DNA of 59,006 bases from Nitrospirota bacterium (GCA_040758355.1 JBFLWF010000015.1:1-59006), one strand, 5' to 3'. Positions 28,784 to 39,439 are shown, counted from the stretch's first letter. Numbers and translations are program-made. Notes: generated by a model not told the origin, from the letters alone.

Positions 28784-29071
28784 ATGCAGTTTGTTTCTGA
28801 AGTTACAGATGAAGATATAAAAAGAGAGCGAAGAATAGCCCGTGATCTTCGCAAGAGCGCATGGTGGAAGAGGAAGTGCGCTGACGGCAGATGCTACTAC
28901 TGCGACACAAAAATCCATCCCGGTGAACTCACTATGGATCACATTGTCCCGGTTATCAGGGGCGGCAGATCAACAAAGAGCAATATTGTTACAGCCTGCA
29001 AGGAATGCAACACCAAGAAAAAATATATGCTTCCCATGGAATGGGAAGAGTATATTAATGGTCTGAATTAA
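28784..29071 (+). CDS. Small HNH endonuclease domain protein
   Basis: 'CYYC...LTMDHIVP..RGG.S.KSNIV.ACKECN.KK'. Confidence 0.9.
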   Translation: MQFVSEVTDEDIKRERRIARDLRKSAWWKRKCADGRCYYCDTKIHPGELTMDHIVPVIRGGRSTKSNIVTACKECNTKKKYMLPMEWEEYINGLN

Positions 29072-29140
29072 CTTTTATTAAATAATTTCATTTTGACCGG
29101 CATGTTTTAACTATTCCCTTTTGTGTTAAAATATTCACAG

Positions 29141-31660
29141 ATGGGAAATTCAGATAGCCACGGAAAAGACCTCATTTCACTGCTTAACAAGGTCATTGAT
29201 AAACTCATAAAAGTTAAATTCTGCCATTTATTATGGATGTCTGTCCTTTCAGCGGTAGTCATCACTGAAATAATCGTATCCATATCAAGTATTGCATTTC
29301 ATGGAAGGGTTACCAATGATTATTTAATTACAGGCGCTGTTGCCGCACTCCTTGTCTCTTTTGTAGTCGTTTTTGTCCTTTTGTCCATTTTTAAACGGTT
29401 GAGAGAAACAGACGAGGCATTAAAAAAATCTCACGAAAGTTTCGTATCTATCATGGACAGTCTGGATGCCATTGTTTATGTCGCTGATATGGAGACCTAC
29501 GAAATGCTTTTTGTTAATAAATACTCGCGTGATATTTGGGGAGATGTCGTCGGGAAGACCTGCTGGAAGACCTTGCAGTCTGGCCAGTCTGGTCCCTGTA
29601 ATTTCTGCACCAATAAATATTTGCTGACGCCTGATGGGAAACCCGCAGGGGTCTATAACTGGGAATTCCAGAATACAATTACCGGAAGGTGGTACGAGAT
29701 TCGTGACAGGGCGATGCAATGGATTGATGGACGTACAGTCAGGCTCGAAATTGCTATGGACATTACAAAACGAAAACAATCAGAGGCAGAGCGCAATCGG
29801 CTCTTGAATGTCCTTGAGGCCAGCCTCAACGAAATCTATATGTTTGATCCTGATACGCTCCGTTTTAAATATGTCAATGCCGGGGCGGTTCGCAACCTTG
29901 GGTACAGCATGGATGAATTGAAGGAAATGACACCCCTTGACCTGAAACCCGAATTTAATGAAGGTTCTTTCAGGGATCTCATTGCCCCTTTGCTCAAATA
30001 CGAAAAAGAAAAAGTCATATTTCAAACAGTCCATCGCCGTGCGGATGGCAGCCTCTATCCTGTTGATGTCCATCTGCAGCGCATCGGATATGATGGAGAA
30101 AAGGTATTCCTGGCTGTAATCCTCGATATAACAGAGCGCAAAAAGACAGAGGAATTCATGAGAGGCATTCTTGAAAGCGTTGGCGAGGGATTTTTAGTGA
30201 TAGACCCTGCATACAGGATTATTTTGGCGAATAAATCGTATTGTGAACGGACAAAGATGTCCCTCGAGGAGATTAAAGGCAGATGCTGTTATGAGGTTTC
30301 CCACCGCATAGATAAGCCCTGTTTTGAAGCAGGGGAGACATGTGCGCCAAGGCATACCTTTGAGACAGGGGAGGCTTGCACAGCCCTTCATACCCACTAT
30401 GATAGGGACGGCAATCCCATATATGTTGAAACAAGGTCATTTCCCATGAATGATGCACTGGGGAATGTGATTGCAGTTATAGAGATCGTAGATGATATTA
30501 CAGAGAAAAAGAGGCTCGAAGACCAGTTAAGGGAGTCCCAAAAGATGGAGGCAATCGGCAAGCTTGCAGGCGGTATTGCCCATGACTTCAATAATATCCT
30601 CACAGCAATAATGGGATATGGAAGTCTCTTGCAGGCAGATATAGGAAAAGACAGCCGTCTGATTTCCCGGTTGGAGCATATACTCTCCTCGGCAGGAAAG
30701 GCAGCCGATTTAACCAGGCAACTCCTCGCATTCAGCAGAAAACAGATAATGAGCCCAAAGTCTGTAAATCTCAATGACATCATAAGGGATTTGGAGAAAC
30801 TTCTGACAAGACTGGTCAGCGAAGATGTCGAAATTAAAATCATGCTTTCTGAGAAAGATTTAACGATAATGGCAGACAGCGGACAGATGGGACAGGTGGT
30901 AATGAACCTTGCGACAAATGCGAGGGATGCCATGCCACATGGAGGACAATTAACCATAACTACAGAAATTTTTAGAATGGCCCCGGGATTTATAAAGGAA
31001 AAAGGTTTTGGCAAAAGAGGACGCTATGCATGCATATCAGTTGCAGATACTGGCGAGGGATTGGATGAGAGGACGAAAGAGAGGATATTTGAGCCGTTCT
31101 TCACAACAAAAGAGGTCGGCAAAGGAACGGGATTGGGTCTTGCTGTTGTCTATGGGATAGTCTCACAGCACAATGGTTATATAGATGTACAGAGTGAGTT
31201 GGGCAGGGGTACGACATTTAAGATATATCTTCCATTGACTGAAAAAGAGATAGAAGAAGCCGAACCGATTATATCAGGACCGGTTGGCGGAACAGAGATG
31301 ATACTCCTTGCCGAGGACGATGAAATTGTAAGGAGACTCGTAAAGGAAACCCTTGAGGGGTTTGGTTACAGGGTAATAGAGGCTGTGGATGGAGAGGATG
31401 CGATTGCAAAATTTATGGAGGATAAAGACGAAATCCGACTGCTCCTCTTTGATGTGGTGATGCCAAAGAAGAGCGGCAAGGATGCATATGAAAATATAAA
31501 GAAAATAAAACCTGATGTGAAGGTTGTATTTATAAGCGGCTATACGGCTGATATTGTCCATAAAAAAGGCATATTTGAAGAGAAGATACCTTTCCTCTTT
31601 AAACCTGTCTCTCCTGATGAAATTTTAAGGAAGACAAGGGAGGTGCTGGATAGAAAATGA
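29141..31660 (+). CDS. Hybrid sensor histidine kinase (TM, 3 PAS, HisKA, HATPase, REC)
   Basis: '[19 protein letters not shown]', '[10 protein letters not shown]', 'GKGTGLGL', C-terminal REC 'DVVMP'. Confidence 0.92.
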   Translation: MGNSDSHGKDLISLLNKVIDKLIKVKFCHLLWMSVLSAVVITEIIVSISSIAFHGRVTNDYLITGAVAALLVSFVVVFVLLSIFKRLRETDEALKKSHESFVSIMDSLDAIVYVADMETYEMLFVNKYSRDIWGDVVGKTCWKTLQSGQSGPCNFCTNKYLLTPDGKPAGVYNWEFQNTITGRWYEIRDRAMQWIDGRTVRLEIAMDITKRKQSEAERNRLLNVLEASLNEIYMFDPDTLRFKYVNAGAVRNLGYSMDELKEMTPLDLKPEFNEGSFRDLIAPLLKYEKEKVIFQTVHRRADGSLYPVDVHLQRIGYDGEKVFLAVILDITERKKTEEFMRGILESVGEGFLVIDPAYRIILANKSYCERTKMSLEEIKGRCCYEVSHRIDKPCFEAGETCAPRHTFETGEACTALHTHYDRDGNPIYVETRSFPMNDALGNVIAVIEIVDDITEKKRLEDQLRESQKMEAIGKLAGGIAHDFNNILTAIMGYGSLLQADIGKDSRLISRLEHILSSAGKAADLTRQLLAFSRKQIMSPKSVNLNDIIRDLEKLLTRLVSEDVEIKIMLSEKDLTIMADSGQMGQVVMNLATNARDAMPHGGQLTITTEIFRMAPGFIKEKGFGKRGRYACISVADTGEGLDERTKERIFEPFFTTKEVGKGTGLGLAVVYGIVSQHNGYIDVQSELGRGTTFKIYLPLTEKEIEEAEPIISGPVGGTEMILLAEDDEIVRRLVKETLEGFGYRVIEAVDGEDAIAKFMEDKDEIRLLLFDVVMPKKSGKDAYENIKKIKPDVKVVFISGYTADIVHKKGIFEEKIPFLFKPVSPDEILRKTREVLDRK

Positions 31661-31696
31661 AAAGCCCTGCTCCGGCCCAAAGCAGGGCTTTTCATT
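31656..31696. terminator. Bidirectional intrinsic terminator
   Basis: Perfect 16-bp stem aatgaaaagccctgct / agcagggcttttcatt between convergent genes. Confidence 0.85.
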
Positions 31697-31697
31697 A

Positions 31698-32162
31698 CTA
31701 TCTTCTCCATCCTGCCCATGCAGGGATTCCATTATCGTCCCTGAGCTTCAGAACATTATCTCCTTTCTTGACCTCTGCAGCGATAATTGCAGGCTTGTCC
31801 ATCATTGTCACCCTTGAGCCTTTGACCTCGATCTTATCGCCCTTTTCTATCTTTGTGTCCAACCTTTCAATGTACCAGCCCGGGCCGAGGTGCACCGATA
31901 TGGTCTCTTTTTCTGTTTTTAACTGAAGGTGGACGCCATAAGACATTCCTTTCATCGGTGTGATCCTATGAACCAATTCGACAGTGCCTGATATTGTTTC
32001 TACGGTTGCGGGGTTATACATCCTCTGATACTGCGTCCCCATTCCCCATCCGCCGCTCCCTCGCCAGCCTTTCCATCCTTTCATTGGCTGTGCAAAGGCA
32101 AATGAAGCAGCAAGAACCAATGATACTGCCACCAATAAACTTAAAACTTTTCTCATTCTCAT
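31698..32162 (-). CDS. Exported OB-fold-like protein with Gly/Trp-rich N-terminal linker
   Basis: Signal peptide ending AFA; 'YNPATVETISG', 'VHLGP.WY', 'LRDDNGIP.WAG'. Confidence 0.7.
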   Translation of the reverse strand: MRMRKVLSLLVAVSLVLAASFAFAQPMKGWKGWRGSGGWGMGTQYQRMYNPATVETISGTVELVHRITPMKGMSYGVHLQLKTEKETISVHLGPGWYIERLDTKIEKGDKIEVKGSRVTMMDKPAIIAAEVKKGDNVLKLRDDNGIPAWAGWRR

Positions 32163-32339
32163 AAATACCTCCTTGAGCCGGATTTAATTAAAATATAGCA
32201 CTTTCTGGCCTTTAACTATATCTTTATCTTTGAAATTGCAACAGCTATGCCAGTTTATTAAGTCTTTAAAATCAAGCCGTTTGAAAATCTGTGATCCTTG
32301 TATGAGTGCAACTTTTGCACTTGTATGCAGATATTGCAT

Positions 32340-33419
32340 TCAGAGAGGCATGGAGCCGTTTATCCTGCAGTATTCGTCACGAAAATATCTTCTCTGGAAA
32401 TATCTTGCAACATTTACGAGAGCTATTAAAACAGGCACTTCAACAAGCGGGCCTATTACAGCAGCAAAGGCTGCACCTGAATTAATCCCGAATACTGCTA
32501 CTGCAACAGCAATGGCGAGTTCGAAATTATTGCTGGCAGCAGTAAAGGAAAGGGTTGCCGTTTTTTGGTAATCGGTGCCCAATTTTTTACCCATATAAAA
32601 CGACACGAGGAACATGACAACAAAATAAATGAGCAGCGGGATTGCAATGCGCACCACATCCATTGGGAGTTTCACAATGTAATTGCCTTTCAAAGAAAAC
32701 ATCACGACAATGGTGAATAATAAGGATATTAAAGTAATGGGGCTTATCTTTGGAATAAATACCTGCTCATACCACTGACGGTTTTTTATTTTTATAAGGC
32801 TGAACCTTGTTATCATCCCTGCTATGAATGGTATTCCGAGATAAATGAAAACACTCTCTGCAATCTGCCCCATTGTAATCTCTACTACGGCTCCTTTTAG
32901 ACCAAACAATGATGGCAGCATCGTTATAAAGATATATGCATAGACCGAATAAAAGAGAACCTGAAATACAGAATTAAAAGCCACAAGCCCTGCAGCATAC
33001 TCCGGGTCGCCGCATGCAAGGTCATTCCATACTATGACCATTGCAATGCATCTTGCCAGCCCTATCATGATGAGTCCAACCATGTACTCAGGATAATTGG
33101 GCAGTAAGCCTATAGCCAGAAGGAACATCAGCACAGGGCCGATTATCCAGTTTTGAATAAGGGACAGTCCCAGGACCTTTTTGTTTTTGAATACCTCGCC
33201 CAGTTCTTCATATTTCACCTTTGCAAGTGGAGGGTACATCATCAGGATGAGGCCGATTGCAATGGGGATATTTGTTGTGCCGACCTGAAATCTGTTTATA
33301 AAACCTTCTGTCTCTGGAATAAAATACCCGAGACTTACGCCGACGGCCATTGCAGCGAATATCCAGACTGTAAGGTATCTGTCAATAAATGAAAGTCTTT
33401 TGCCTGTATTTTTAGTCAT
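32340..33419 (-). CDS. acr3: ACR3 family arsenite efflux transporter
   Basis: '[12 protein letters not shown]', 'MMYPPLAKV', 'GLARCIAMV', '[11 protein letters not shown]', 'GPLVEVPV'. Confidence 0.96.
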   Translation of the reverse strand: MTKNTGKRLSFIDRYLTVWIFAAMAVGVSLGYFIPETEGFINRFQVGTTNIPIAIGLILMMYPPLAKVKYEELGEVFKNKKVLGLSLIQNWIIGPVLMFLLAIGLLPNYPEYMVGLIMIGLARCIAMVIVWNDLACGDPEYAAGLVAFNSVFQVLFYSVYAYIFITMLPSLFGLKGAVVEITMGQIAESVFIYLGIPFIAGMITRFSLIKIKNRQWYEQVFIPKISPITLISLLFTIVVMFSLKGNYIVKLPMDVVRIAIPLLIYFVVMFLVSFYMGKKLGTDYQKTATLSFTAASNNFELAIAVAVAVFGINSGAAFAAVIGPLVEVPVLIALVNVARYFQRRYFRDEYCRINGSMPL

Positions 33420-33819
33420 AATGTCTTACCTCTCTACGAGTCATCGACCCGCAGCATCTGCTTTTATTCTTAATAGGAACAATCTCTGCCTTTGGGCCCT
33501 TGTTCTTTAGAAATTTATTTAGCCTCTTTTTGTCTTCCATTACTTCGCTTTCAGAAACTTTTTCGAGCACGGAAAGAACCAGAAATCTTTTGAACATATC
33601 GGAGTCGTCAATCCTGTAATGTATCCACTTGCCCTGTTTTCTGTCCTTTATTAATCCTGCATCTTTCAGTACGCCGAGATGAAAAGAAACCTTCGGCTGT
33701 ATAATGTCAAGAGCAGCAACGATGTCGCACACGCAGAGTTCGCCATGCTCAAGGAGCTTTAATATCCTGAGCCTCGTTTCATCAGAGAGGGCTTTGAATA
33801 TGCTCAGTAATTCCTGCAT
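33412..33819 (-). CDS. arsR: ArsR family metalloregulator
   Basis: '[12 protein letters not shown]', 'ELCVCDI', 'SFHL..LK.AGL'; additional C-terminal 'RCCG'. Confidence 0.93.
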   Translation of the reverse strand: MQELLSIFKALSDETRLRILKLLEHGELCVCDIVAALDIIQPKVSFHLGVLKDAGLIKDRKQGKWIHYRIDDSDMFKRFLVLSVLEKVSESEVMEDKKRLNKFLKNKGPKAEIVPIKNKSRCCGSMTRREVRHYD

Positions 33820-33820
33820 G

Positions 33821-34060
33821 CTACATCTCCGACTTTATCAATTCTTTGACCTTATCGGGGCCCGGCAAAGGCTTGCCCGAATGCTTGAGTTTCCCATTGA
33901 CCACAAGACCGGGGGTTGACATAGTGTATTTCATAATTTCCTGAATATCTGAGACCTTTTCAATATTCGCATCGATATCCAATTCACTCACCGCTTTTTT
34001 TGCCATCTCTGCCATCTTCTCGCAGTTTGCGCATCCCGGGCCTAATACCTTAATTTCCAT
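33821..34060 (-). CDS. Small thioredoxin-like redox-active disulfide protein
   Basis: 'IKVLGPGCANC', 'TPGLVVNG'. Confidence 0.9.
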   Translation of the reverse strand: MEIKVLGPGCANCEKMAEMAKKAVSELDIDANIEKVSDIQEIMKYTMSTPGLVVNGKLKHSGKPLPGPDKVKELIKSEM

Positions 34061-34073
34061 TTTCTTAATCCTC

Positions 34074-35024
34074 CTATAAAATTACATTAAACAAATAGCC
34101 CACTGCTATTATTGTTACGGTCATTATCCCTGCAAAGACTCCGAGCAAAGGGATCTTCAATACCTTTCTCAAGATTATCATCTCGGGCAATGACAATGCA
34201 GTCAATGCCATCATAAAGGCAAGCACTGTTCCAACGCTCAGACCTTTTTCCATCAATGCATAGACAATCGGAAGGACCCCTGCTGCATTGGAATAGAGCG
34301 GCACGCCGATAGCGACTGCAACCGGTACGGCAAATGGATTTCCCTTGCCTGCATAATTTGCCAGAAAATCCTGAGGCACATAACCATGTATAAAACCACC
34401 GATGCTGATGGCTATTACGATAAAAAGCCATACCCTTTTCAGTATGTCTGTTGTATTCCATCTTGCGTACTGAAGCCTCTCTTTGAATGTCTGCTTTAAT
34501 ATCTCCTGCTCCTGTCCCATATGGAATTTGTAAACATATTCCTCGACCCAATTTTCGAGCTTGAGTTTCCCGATGATGAATCCTCCGAAGATGGCGACTA
34601 AGAGTCCTGTTCCCATATATATCGCTGCAATCTTCCATCCAAAAAGCCCCCAGAGCAAAACAACTGCAACTTCGTTTACCATAGGAGATGATATTAAAAA
34701 TGAAAATGTCACCCCGAGAGGCACCCCTGCCTCAACAAAACCGATAAAGAGCGGCACCGCCGAGCAGGAGCAGAAGGGGGTTACCACTCCGAGCAGCGCC
34801 GCAAGGATATTACCTATAAATTCTTTTTTATGCGAAAGGATCTTTTTAGTTTTCTCAGGCGGGAAATAGCTTCTGATTATGGATACGATAAAAATGATGA
34901 CCGAAAGGAGCAGGAATATCTTTATCGTGTCATATATAAAGAATTCTATGGCATCTCCAAGATGTGAGCCGTGTTCAAGTTTTATGAGGTTGTATGTGAT
35001 ATGCGATGCAAACTCTTTCAGCAT
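34074..35024 (-). CDS. arsP: ArsP/DUF318 permease
   Basis: 'FFIYDTIKI', 'TPFCSCS', 'SSPMVN', 'GVPLY', 'ALSLPE'. Confidence 0.88.
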   Translation of the reverse strand: MLKEFASHITYNLIKLEHGSHLGDAIEFFIYDTIKIFLLLSVIIFIVSIIRSYFPPEKTKKILSHKKEFIGNILAALLGVVTPFCSCSAVPLFIGFVEAGVPLGVTFSFLISSPMVNEVAVVLLWGLFGWKIAAIYMGTGLLVAIFGGFIIGKLKLENWVEEYVYKFHMGQEQEILKQTFKERLQYARWNTTDILKRVWLFIVIAISIGGFIHGYVPQDFLANYAGKGNPFAVPVAVAIGVPLYSNAAGVLPIVYALMEKGLSVGTVLAFMMALTALSLPEMIILRKVLKIPLLGVFAGIMTVTIIAVGYLFNVIL

Positions 35025-35053
35025 TTAAAGCCTCTCCGGAATAGTATCGCCTT

Positions 35054-35088
35054 AAAACATATAAACAAAATTTGATATGTTTTGTCAA
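35054..35088 (-). promoter_or_regulatory. Putative ArsR operator overlapping a sigma70 promoter
   Basis: Inverted repeat aaaacatat-N12-atatgtttt (35054-35083); minus-strand TTGACA at 35083-35088. Confidence 0.7.
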
Positions 35089-35191
35089 GATTTATTCAGC
35101 AAGATTCGCTCAAGCCAACCCTGCTTGCGAATCTTGCTAATTGCCCTTTAATTATATTTTTGTTGTACAATTAAGCAGGGGGAGACAAAAG

Positions 35192-36325
35192 GTGACAAAC
35201 CTTTATTCAATTTTTTTCCTTAACCTTGCACTGGGCCTGATATTGGGCTTTGTATTCCACAGGTCTGACCTTTGCATGGCCGGAATATTCCGCGACATAT
35301 TTCTCCTGAAGCGCACCTTCCTGCTAAGGATACTTTATTTGCAGGTGATTGTTACAATGGCGCTTTTCTTTATCGCAAAGAAAGCAGATCTTATCAGCCT
35401 TTATCCTCCTCCCAACCTGAATATCGCATCGCTTGGAACACTGGCCGGAGGCATGATATTCGGAATAGGGATGGTGCTGGCAGGGGGTTGTGTAATAGGA
35501 ATCCTTTATAAAATGGGCTCCGGAAGCATTATCAGCATTATTGCATTTGCAGGACTCATCATCGGAAGCGCTGTCTTCGCAGAGTTCTATCCATTCTGGG
35601 CAGAGTTTTCAAAAAGAACCATGGTCTCTGAAGCTGTATTGCTGCCGCAGCTTATCGATGAACACCTCCTTACGCTTCCCATCCTGATTATATCATCAGT
35701 GCTTATTTTCAGATGGATACGCTCCAAAAAATTGCACCAAAAGGCTTATGCAGAGGGGTACATCCATCCGTGGAAGGTTGTAATTATCATTGCACTTTTA
35801 AATTTGATCATTTATATAAGCTCTGATATGCCAATGGCTGTCAGTACAGGATATGCAAAGATCGCTGCATACATTGAAAAGATCCTTATCCCGGAGCACT
35901 TTGAAACCGTTGCATTCTTTAAAAGAGAATCATACTCGGTTTTACATCCGGCGAGTAAGGCTTTAATTGCAGGCGGCCCTGGCGCCAGGTTTGACCACAT
36001 TTTTTCCACTGAGATTTCATTAATCATCGGGGTCATATTCGGGTCTTTTATATCCGCAATCTCGCTGGGAGAGTTCAAGCTGACTCTAAGTACGCTCCCC
36101 CCTTTGAGACAGAATATATCCGCCTTATTTGGTGGCATACTACTTGCAATAGGTTCGAGGATGGCAGGAGGATGTAATGTAAAGCTTCTAATGAGCGGTC
36201 TTCCCCTGCTTTCCATCCAGGCATTCCTGTTCCTTTTCGGGATGTTGCCCGGCGCCTGGCTTGGAACTTATTTATTCAAAAAACTTGTTATCAGCTATGA
36301 CAGGGAGGGTGGCGATGGAAAATAG
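35192..36325 (+). CDS. YeeE/YedE thiosulfate/sulfur transporter (canonical half order)
   Basis: Multi-TM; three conserved Cys motifs 'RSDLCMAG', 'LAGGCV', 'MAGGCN'; GTG start after GGGGAG. Confidence 0.88.
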   Translation: MTNLYSIFFLNLALGLILGFVFHRSDLCMAGIFRDIFLLKRTFLLRILYLQVIVTMALFFIAKKADLISLYPPPNLNIASLGTLAGGMIFGIGMVLAGGCVIGILYKMGSGSIISIIAFAGLIIGSAVFAEFYPFWAEFSKRTMVSEAVLLPQLIDEHLLTLPILIISSVLIFRWIRSKKLHQKAYAEGYIHPWKVVIIIALLNLIIYISSDMPMAVSTGYAKIAAYIEKILIPEHFETVAFFKRESYSVLHPASKALIAGGPGARFDHIFSTEISLIIGVIFGSFISAISLGEFKLTLSTLPPLRQNISALFGGILLAIGSRMAGGCNVKLLMSGLPLLSIQAFLFLFGMLPGAWLGTYLFKKLVISYDREGGDGK

Positions 36326-36593
36326 AACAGCGATTGATCTCGATGTAATCAACCTGGATATTCGGGGACAGATATGTCCTGCATGCCTTCTTATTTCCTT
36401 AAAGGAGATAAATAAACACAAAGGACTCCTGAGAAACGGCGAGGCAAACCTGATAGTAAAGACAGACCACAGGGATGCCACAAGGACGATTCCCGATGCA
36501 GCCACTGCAATGGGATATGCAGTTTTTGTGGAAAAGAAAAAGGGATACTATGAGATTACGGTGGGGCGAAAAGATGAAGACCAGAAGGCATGA
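36315..36593 (+). CDS. TusA/YeeD-family sulfur carrier
   Basis: 'LDIRGQICPAC', 'TDHRDA..TIP'; overlaps yeeE stop. Confidence 0.85.
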   Translation: MENRTAIDLDVINLDIRGQICPACLLISLKEINKHKGLLRNGEANLIVKTDHRDATRTIPDAATAMGYAVFVEKKKGYYEITVGRKDEDQKA

Positions 36594-37875
36594 CAACCAC
36601 ACGCATATTTCAGCAGGAAGTGAAGATATGGAGAGGAAGAACAGGATACTTCTTCAATACATCAAGGAGAAGGTAAACCAGCTCCTGCAGATTATGGGGA
36701 CAAAACCCCTGAGGGATGAGGAACTCAATGACGAGAGCCTTATTGCCATAGACCCGATAGGCATCATCGCAGAATCATTCGAACAGGTGCTCGAACATCT
36801 GAGGGAGAGCAACAGACAGTTGCAGCTTGCGAGGGATTACCTGCAGGCAGTCTTTGACACTGCAGGCGTTGGCATATCTATCATTGATCGGGATTTGAAA
36901 ATTATTAAATGCAATGAAAAACAAAAGGAGCTCCTGGTGAACGGCGTATCGCAGATAGAAGGCAGGCACTGCTATGAGGTTTATTGCGGGATAGACTCGC
37001 CTCCTCTGATATGCCCTGCCATAGAGACATTGGAGAGAGAGCGAGCGGTTTTATTAAAAGAGGTAACCAAAAAGGGAAAGGTATTTCAAATCATCACATC
37101 TCCCCTTAAAGGCAAAGGTGGCGACATTATTGGCGTTATAGAGGTATCCATGGATATCACGGAAAAGAAAAGGGCATTGGAGGCTATGTGCCAATCGGAA
37201 AAGCTTGCTGCAGTGGGACAGCTTGCCGCAGGCATTGCCCATGAATTGAACAATCCACTGGGCAATATCCTCGGTTATGCAAAGCTTCTTCTCATGGAAC
37301 AAGACACTACGGAATTTCAGAGGAATAGGCTGGAGGTTATTATAGAGCAGGCAAAGAGGGGAAGCGGCATCATAAAGGGTCTTCTCGAATTTTCACACCA
37401 AAAGATGCCTGTCTTCTGGAAGATTTCCCTTAATACATGCATACAGCGGGCACTCCAGTCCCTGAGCGATGAAATTAAGGACAATAATATAGAGGTTTTA
37501 ACAAAATTGGGTGCGGTTCCTTATGTAATGGCCGATCCAAAGCAGATGGAACAGGTAATCTACAACATACTCCTCAATGCCATACAGGCTATGGAAGGAA
37601 GGGGCGGTATTGTGGAGATAAAGAGCGAGGCATTAAACGGCTCTGTGGAAGTAGCCATAAAGGATAATGGCCCGGGCATACCAAGGGAGCATTTGAGCAG
37701 GATTTTCGAGCCCTTCTTCACCACAAAACCTGTAGGGAAGGGTACCGGGCTTGGCCTCAGTATATGCGCAGAGATATTGAAAAAGCATAGCAGCAATATC
37801 TGTGTTGAGAGCGAAGCGGGCAAAGGGACTAAATTCTCCTTCAGGATAATGGATGGAGTAACGGGCAATGTTTGA
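36574..37875 (+). CDS. Soluble PAS histidine kinase with an uncharacterised N-terminal domain
   Basis: No TM; Cys-containing PAS 'CYEVYCG..SPP..CP'; 'AGIAHELNNPL', 'GKGTGLGL'. Confidence 0.88.
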   Translation: MKTRRHDNHTHISAGSEDMERKNRILLQYIKEKVNQLLQIMGTKPLRDEELNDESLIAIDPIGIIAESFEQVLEHLRESNRQLQLARDYLQAVFDTAGVGISIIDRDLKIIKCNEKQKELLVNGVSQIEGRHCYEVYCGIDSPPLICPAIETLERERAVLLKEVTKKGKVFQIITSPLKGKGGDIIGVIEVSMDITEKKRALEAMCQSEKLAAVGQLAAGIAHELNNPLGNILGYAKLLLMEQDTTEFQRNRLEVIIEQAKRGSGIIKGLLEFSHQKMPVFWKISLNTCIQRALQSLSDEIKDNNIEVLTKLGAVPYVMADPKQMEQVIYNILLNAIQAMEGRGGIVEIKSEALNGSVEVAIKDNGPGIPREHLSRIFEPFFTTKPVGKGTGLGLSICAEILKKHSSNICVESEAGKGTKFSFRIMDGVTGNV

Positions 37876-39205
37876 TATTCTGGCAATAGAAGACGACCGG
37901 AGGATGAGGGAGCTCCTAATGGAGATACTGAGCCGGGATGGATGCTCTGTATTTACTGCAAAGAACGGTGAAGAAGGAATCGGTCTTCTTGAGAGGAGGA
38001 TTTTTGATCTTGTTATTACAGACCTCAAGATGCCCGATATAGACGGCATTACCATCCTCTCAAGGGCAAGGGAGCTTAATCCCGAGAGCCTGGTCATAGT
38101 AATCACCGCATACGGGACTGTGGAGTCAGCCATTGAGGCCATGAAACTCGGCGCCTACGACTACATCCAGAAGCCCTTTGAGCCCGAGGAGCTGATGCTG
38201 GTTATAAAGAAGGCACTGGACTATAAAAGGCTTGCCGATGAAAACTTAAGGTTATCAAGTCAGCTCGAATCCTGCAGGTCAGAGGAGTTGATAGGGACAA
38301 GCCCGCGGATGACAGAGGTAAAGAGGCTTGTGGATAGGATTGCGCCCCTCGACACCACTGTGGTCATAGAAGGAGAAACAGGGACAGGGAAAAACCTTGT
38401 AGCAAAGACCATCCACAGGATAAGCAAAAGGTCATCCGGAAAATTTCTGAGCATAAACTGCGGGGCACTCACAGAGACACTGCTTGAATCAGAGCTATTC
38501 GGACACGAAAAAGGGGCATTTACCGGCGCCATAAAACAGAAGCAGGGCCTTTTTGAGGCTGCCCATGGAGGGACATTGTTCCTCGACGAGATAAACAATG
38601 CAAGCCTCAACATGCAGATAAAGCTCCTCAAGGTATTGGAGGAAGGAAGGATTATGAGGATTGGCTCCACAGAATCCGTGCCTGTGGATGTCCGCATTAT
38701 TGCTGCAAGCAATATCCCGCTTAAAAAGGAGGTGGATGAAGGCAAGTTCAGGCAGGATCTGTACTACCGCCTTAAGGTAGTTACTGTTACCATGCCTTCC
38801 CTCAGGGAAAGGCGTGATGATATACCGCTCCTGGCGCATCACTTCCTCGACAGGTATCGAGAGAGATTCGGCAAAGAGATTCAGGGATTTACAACAGAGG
38901 CCATGGATACGCTCCTGACATATGACTGGCCGGGCAATGTCAGGGAGCTTGAACACGTTATAGAGAGGGCGGTCATCTTAGAATATGGTAAAAAGATCGG
39001 TATATCTTCCCTTCCTGCAGAACTCCGTTCAAGACCGAGGGAGATTATGTCGTCGAAAAGTGTAATGAGGCTTGAAGACATGGAAAGACAGTTAATCCAA
39101 TCCACATTGAGGTTCTTTGACGGCAAAAGGGATTCTGCTGCCCGTGCATTGGGCATCAGCACTGCCACCCTCTGGAGAAAGCTCAAGAAATATAATCTCT
39201 CCTAA
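37868..39205 (+). CDS. Sigma54-dependent response regulator
   Basis: REC 'TDLKMP', 'GETGTGK', 'GAFTGA', 'WPGNVREL', HTH 'AARALGISTATLWRKL'. Confidence 0.93.
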   Translation: MFDILAIEDDRRMRELLMEILSRDGCSVFTAKNGEEGIGLLERRIFDLVITDLKMPDIDGITILSRARELNPESLVIVITAYGTVESAIEAMKLGAYDYIQKPFEPEELMLVIKKALDYKRLADENLRLSSQLESCRSEELIGTSPRMTEVKRLVDRIAPLDTTVVIEGETGTGKNLVAKTIHRISKRSSGKFLSINCGALTETLLESELFGHEKGAFTGAIKQKQGLFEAAHGGTLFLDEINNASLNMQIKLLKVLEEGRIMRIGSTESVPVDVRIIAASNIPLKKEVDEGKFRQDLYYRLKVVTVTMPSLRERRDDIPLLAHHFLDRYRERFGKEIQGFTTEAMDTLLTYDWPGNVRELEHVIERAVILEYGKKIGISSLPAELRSRPREIMSSKSVMRLEDMERQLIQSTLRFFDGKRDSAARALGISTATLWRKLKKYNLS

Positions 39206-39208
39206 ATT

Positions 39209-39243
39209 TCTTTCACTTTGAAATAATCTTTCATTTTGAAATA
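39209..39243. promoter_or_regulatory. Tandem palindromic sites, putative enhancer (UAS) for the adjacent sigma54 activator
   Basis: tctttcactttgaaata and tctttcattttgaaata, 18-bp period, each tttca-N3-tgaaa. Confidence 0.65.
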
Positions 39244-39245
39244 CA

Positions 39246-39420
39246 CGATAAGGATAGGTCTCTTCCGTTCAGACGCTCTATTTTGACAGTTCTATGGCTC
39301 GTTCCGCTACAGCCGCAAAACTCACCCTTCGGGTTCAAACACTTGCGGCTGTTTAACGCTCCGCTCGCCGAGAACTGTTACCAAAACATCACGATTCACT
39401 CCAGAGACCTATCCTTATCG
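39246..39420. mobile_element. 175-bp MITE-like nested palindrome with perfect 18-bp terminal inverted repeats
   Basis: cgataaggataggtctct / agagacctatccttatcg; inner stems acagttct/agaactgt and acagccgcaa/ttgcggctgt; cTTCGg loop. Confidence 0.75.
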
Positions 39421-39439
39421 CACTATGAATAATCTGGGT

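Noticed and set aside
28784..29071. HNH gene as a homing endonuclease or defence system
   Set aside because: Minimal 95-aa stand-alone HNH in a housekeeping context, no intron or partner genes
31698..32162. Magnetosome gene (MamS/MamX-like OB fold), taken together with feoAB
   Set aside because: No CxxCH magnetochrome motif and no other mam genes; such proteins are widespread
32163..32340. Short palindromes (agtgcaacttttgcact) and ORF 32230-32571 near the acr3 end
   Set aside because: No repeat partner or recombinase to support an attachment site; the ORF is antisense to acr3
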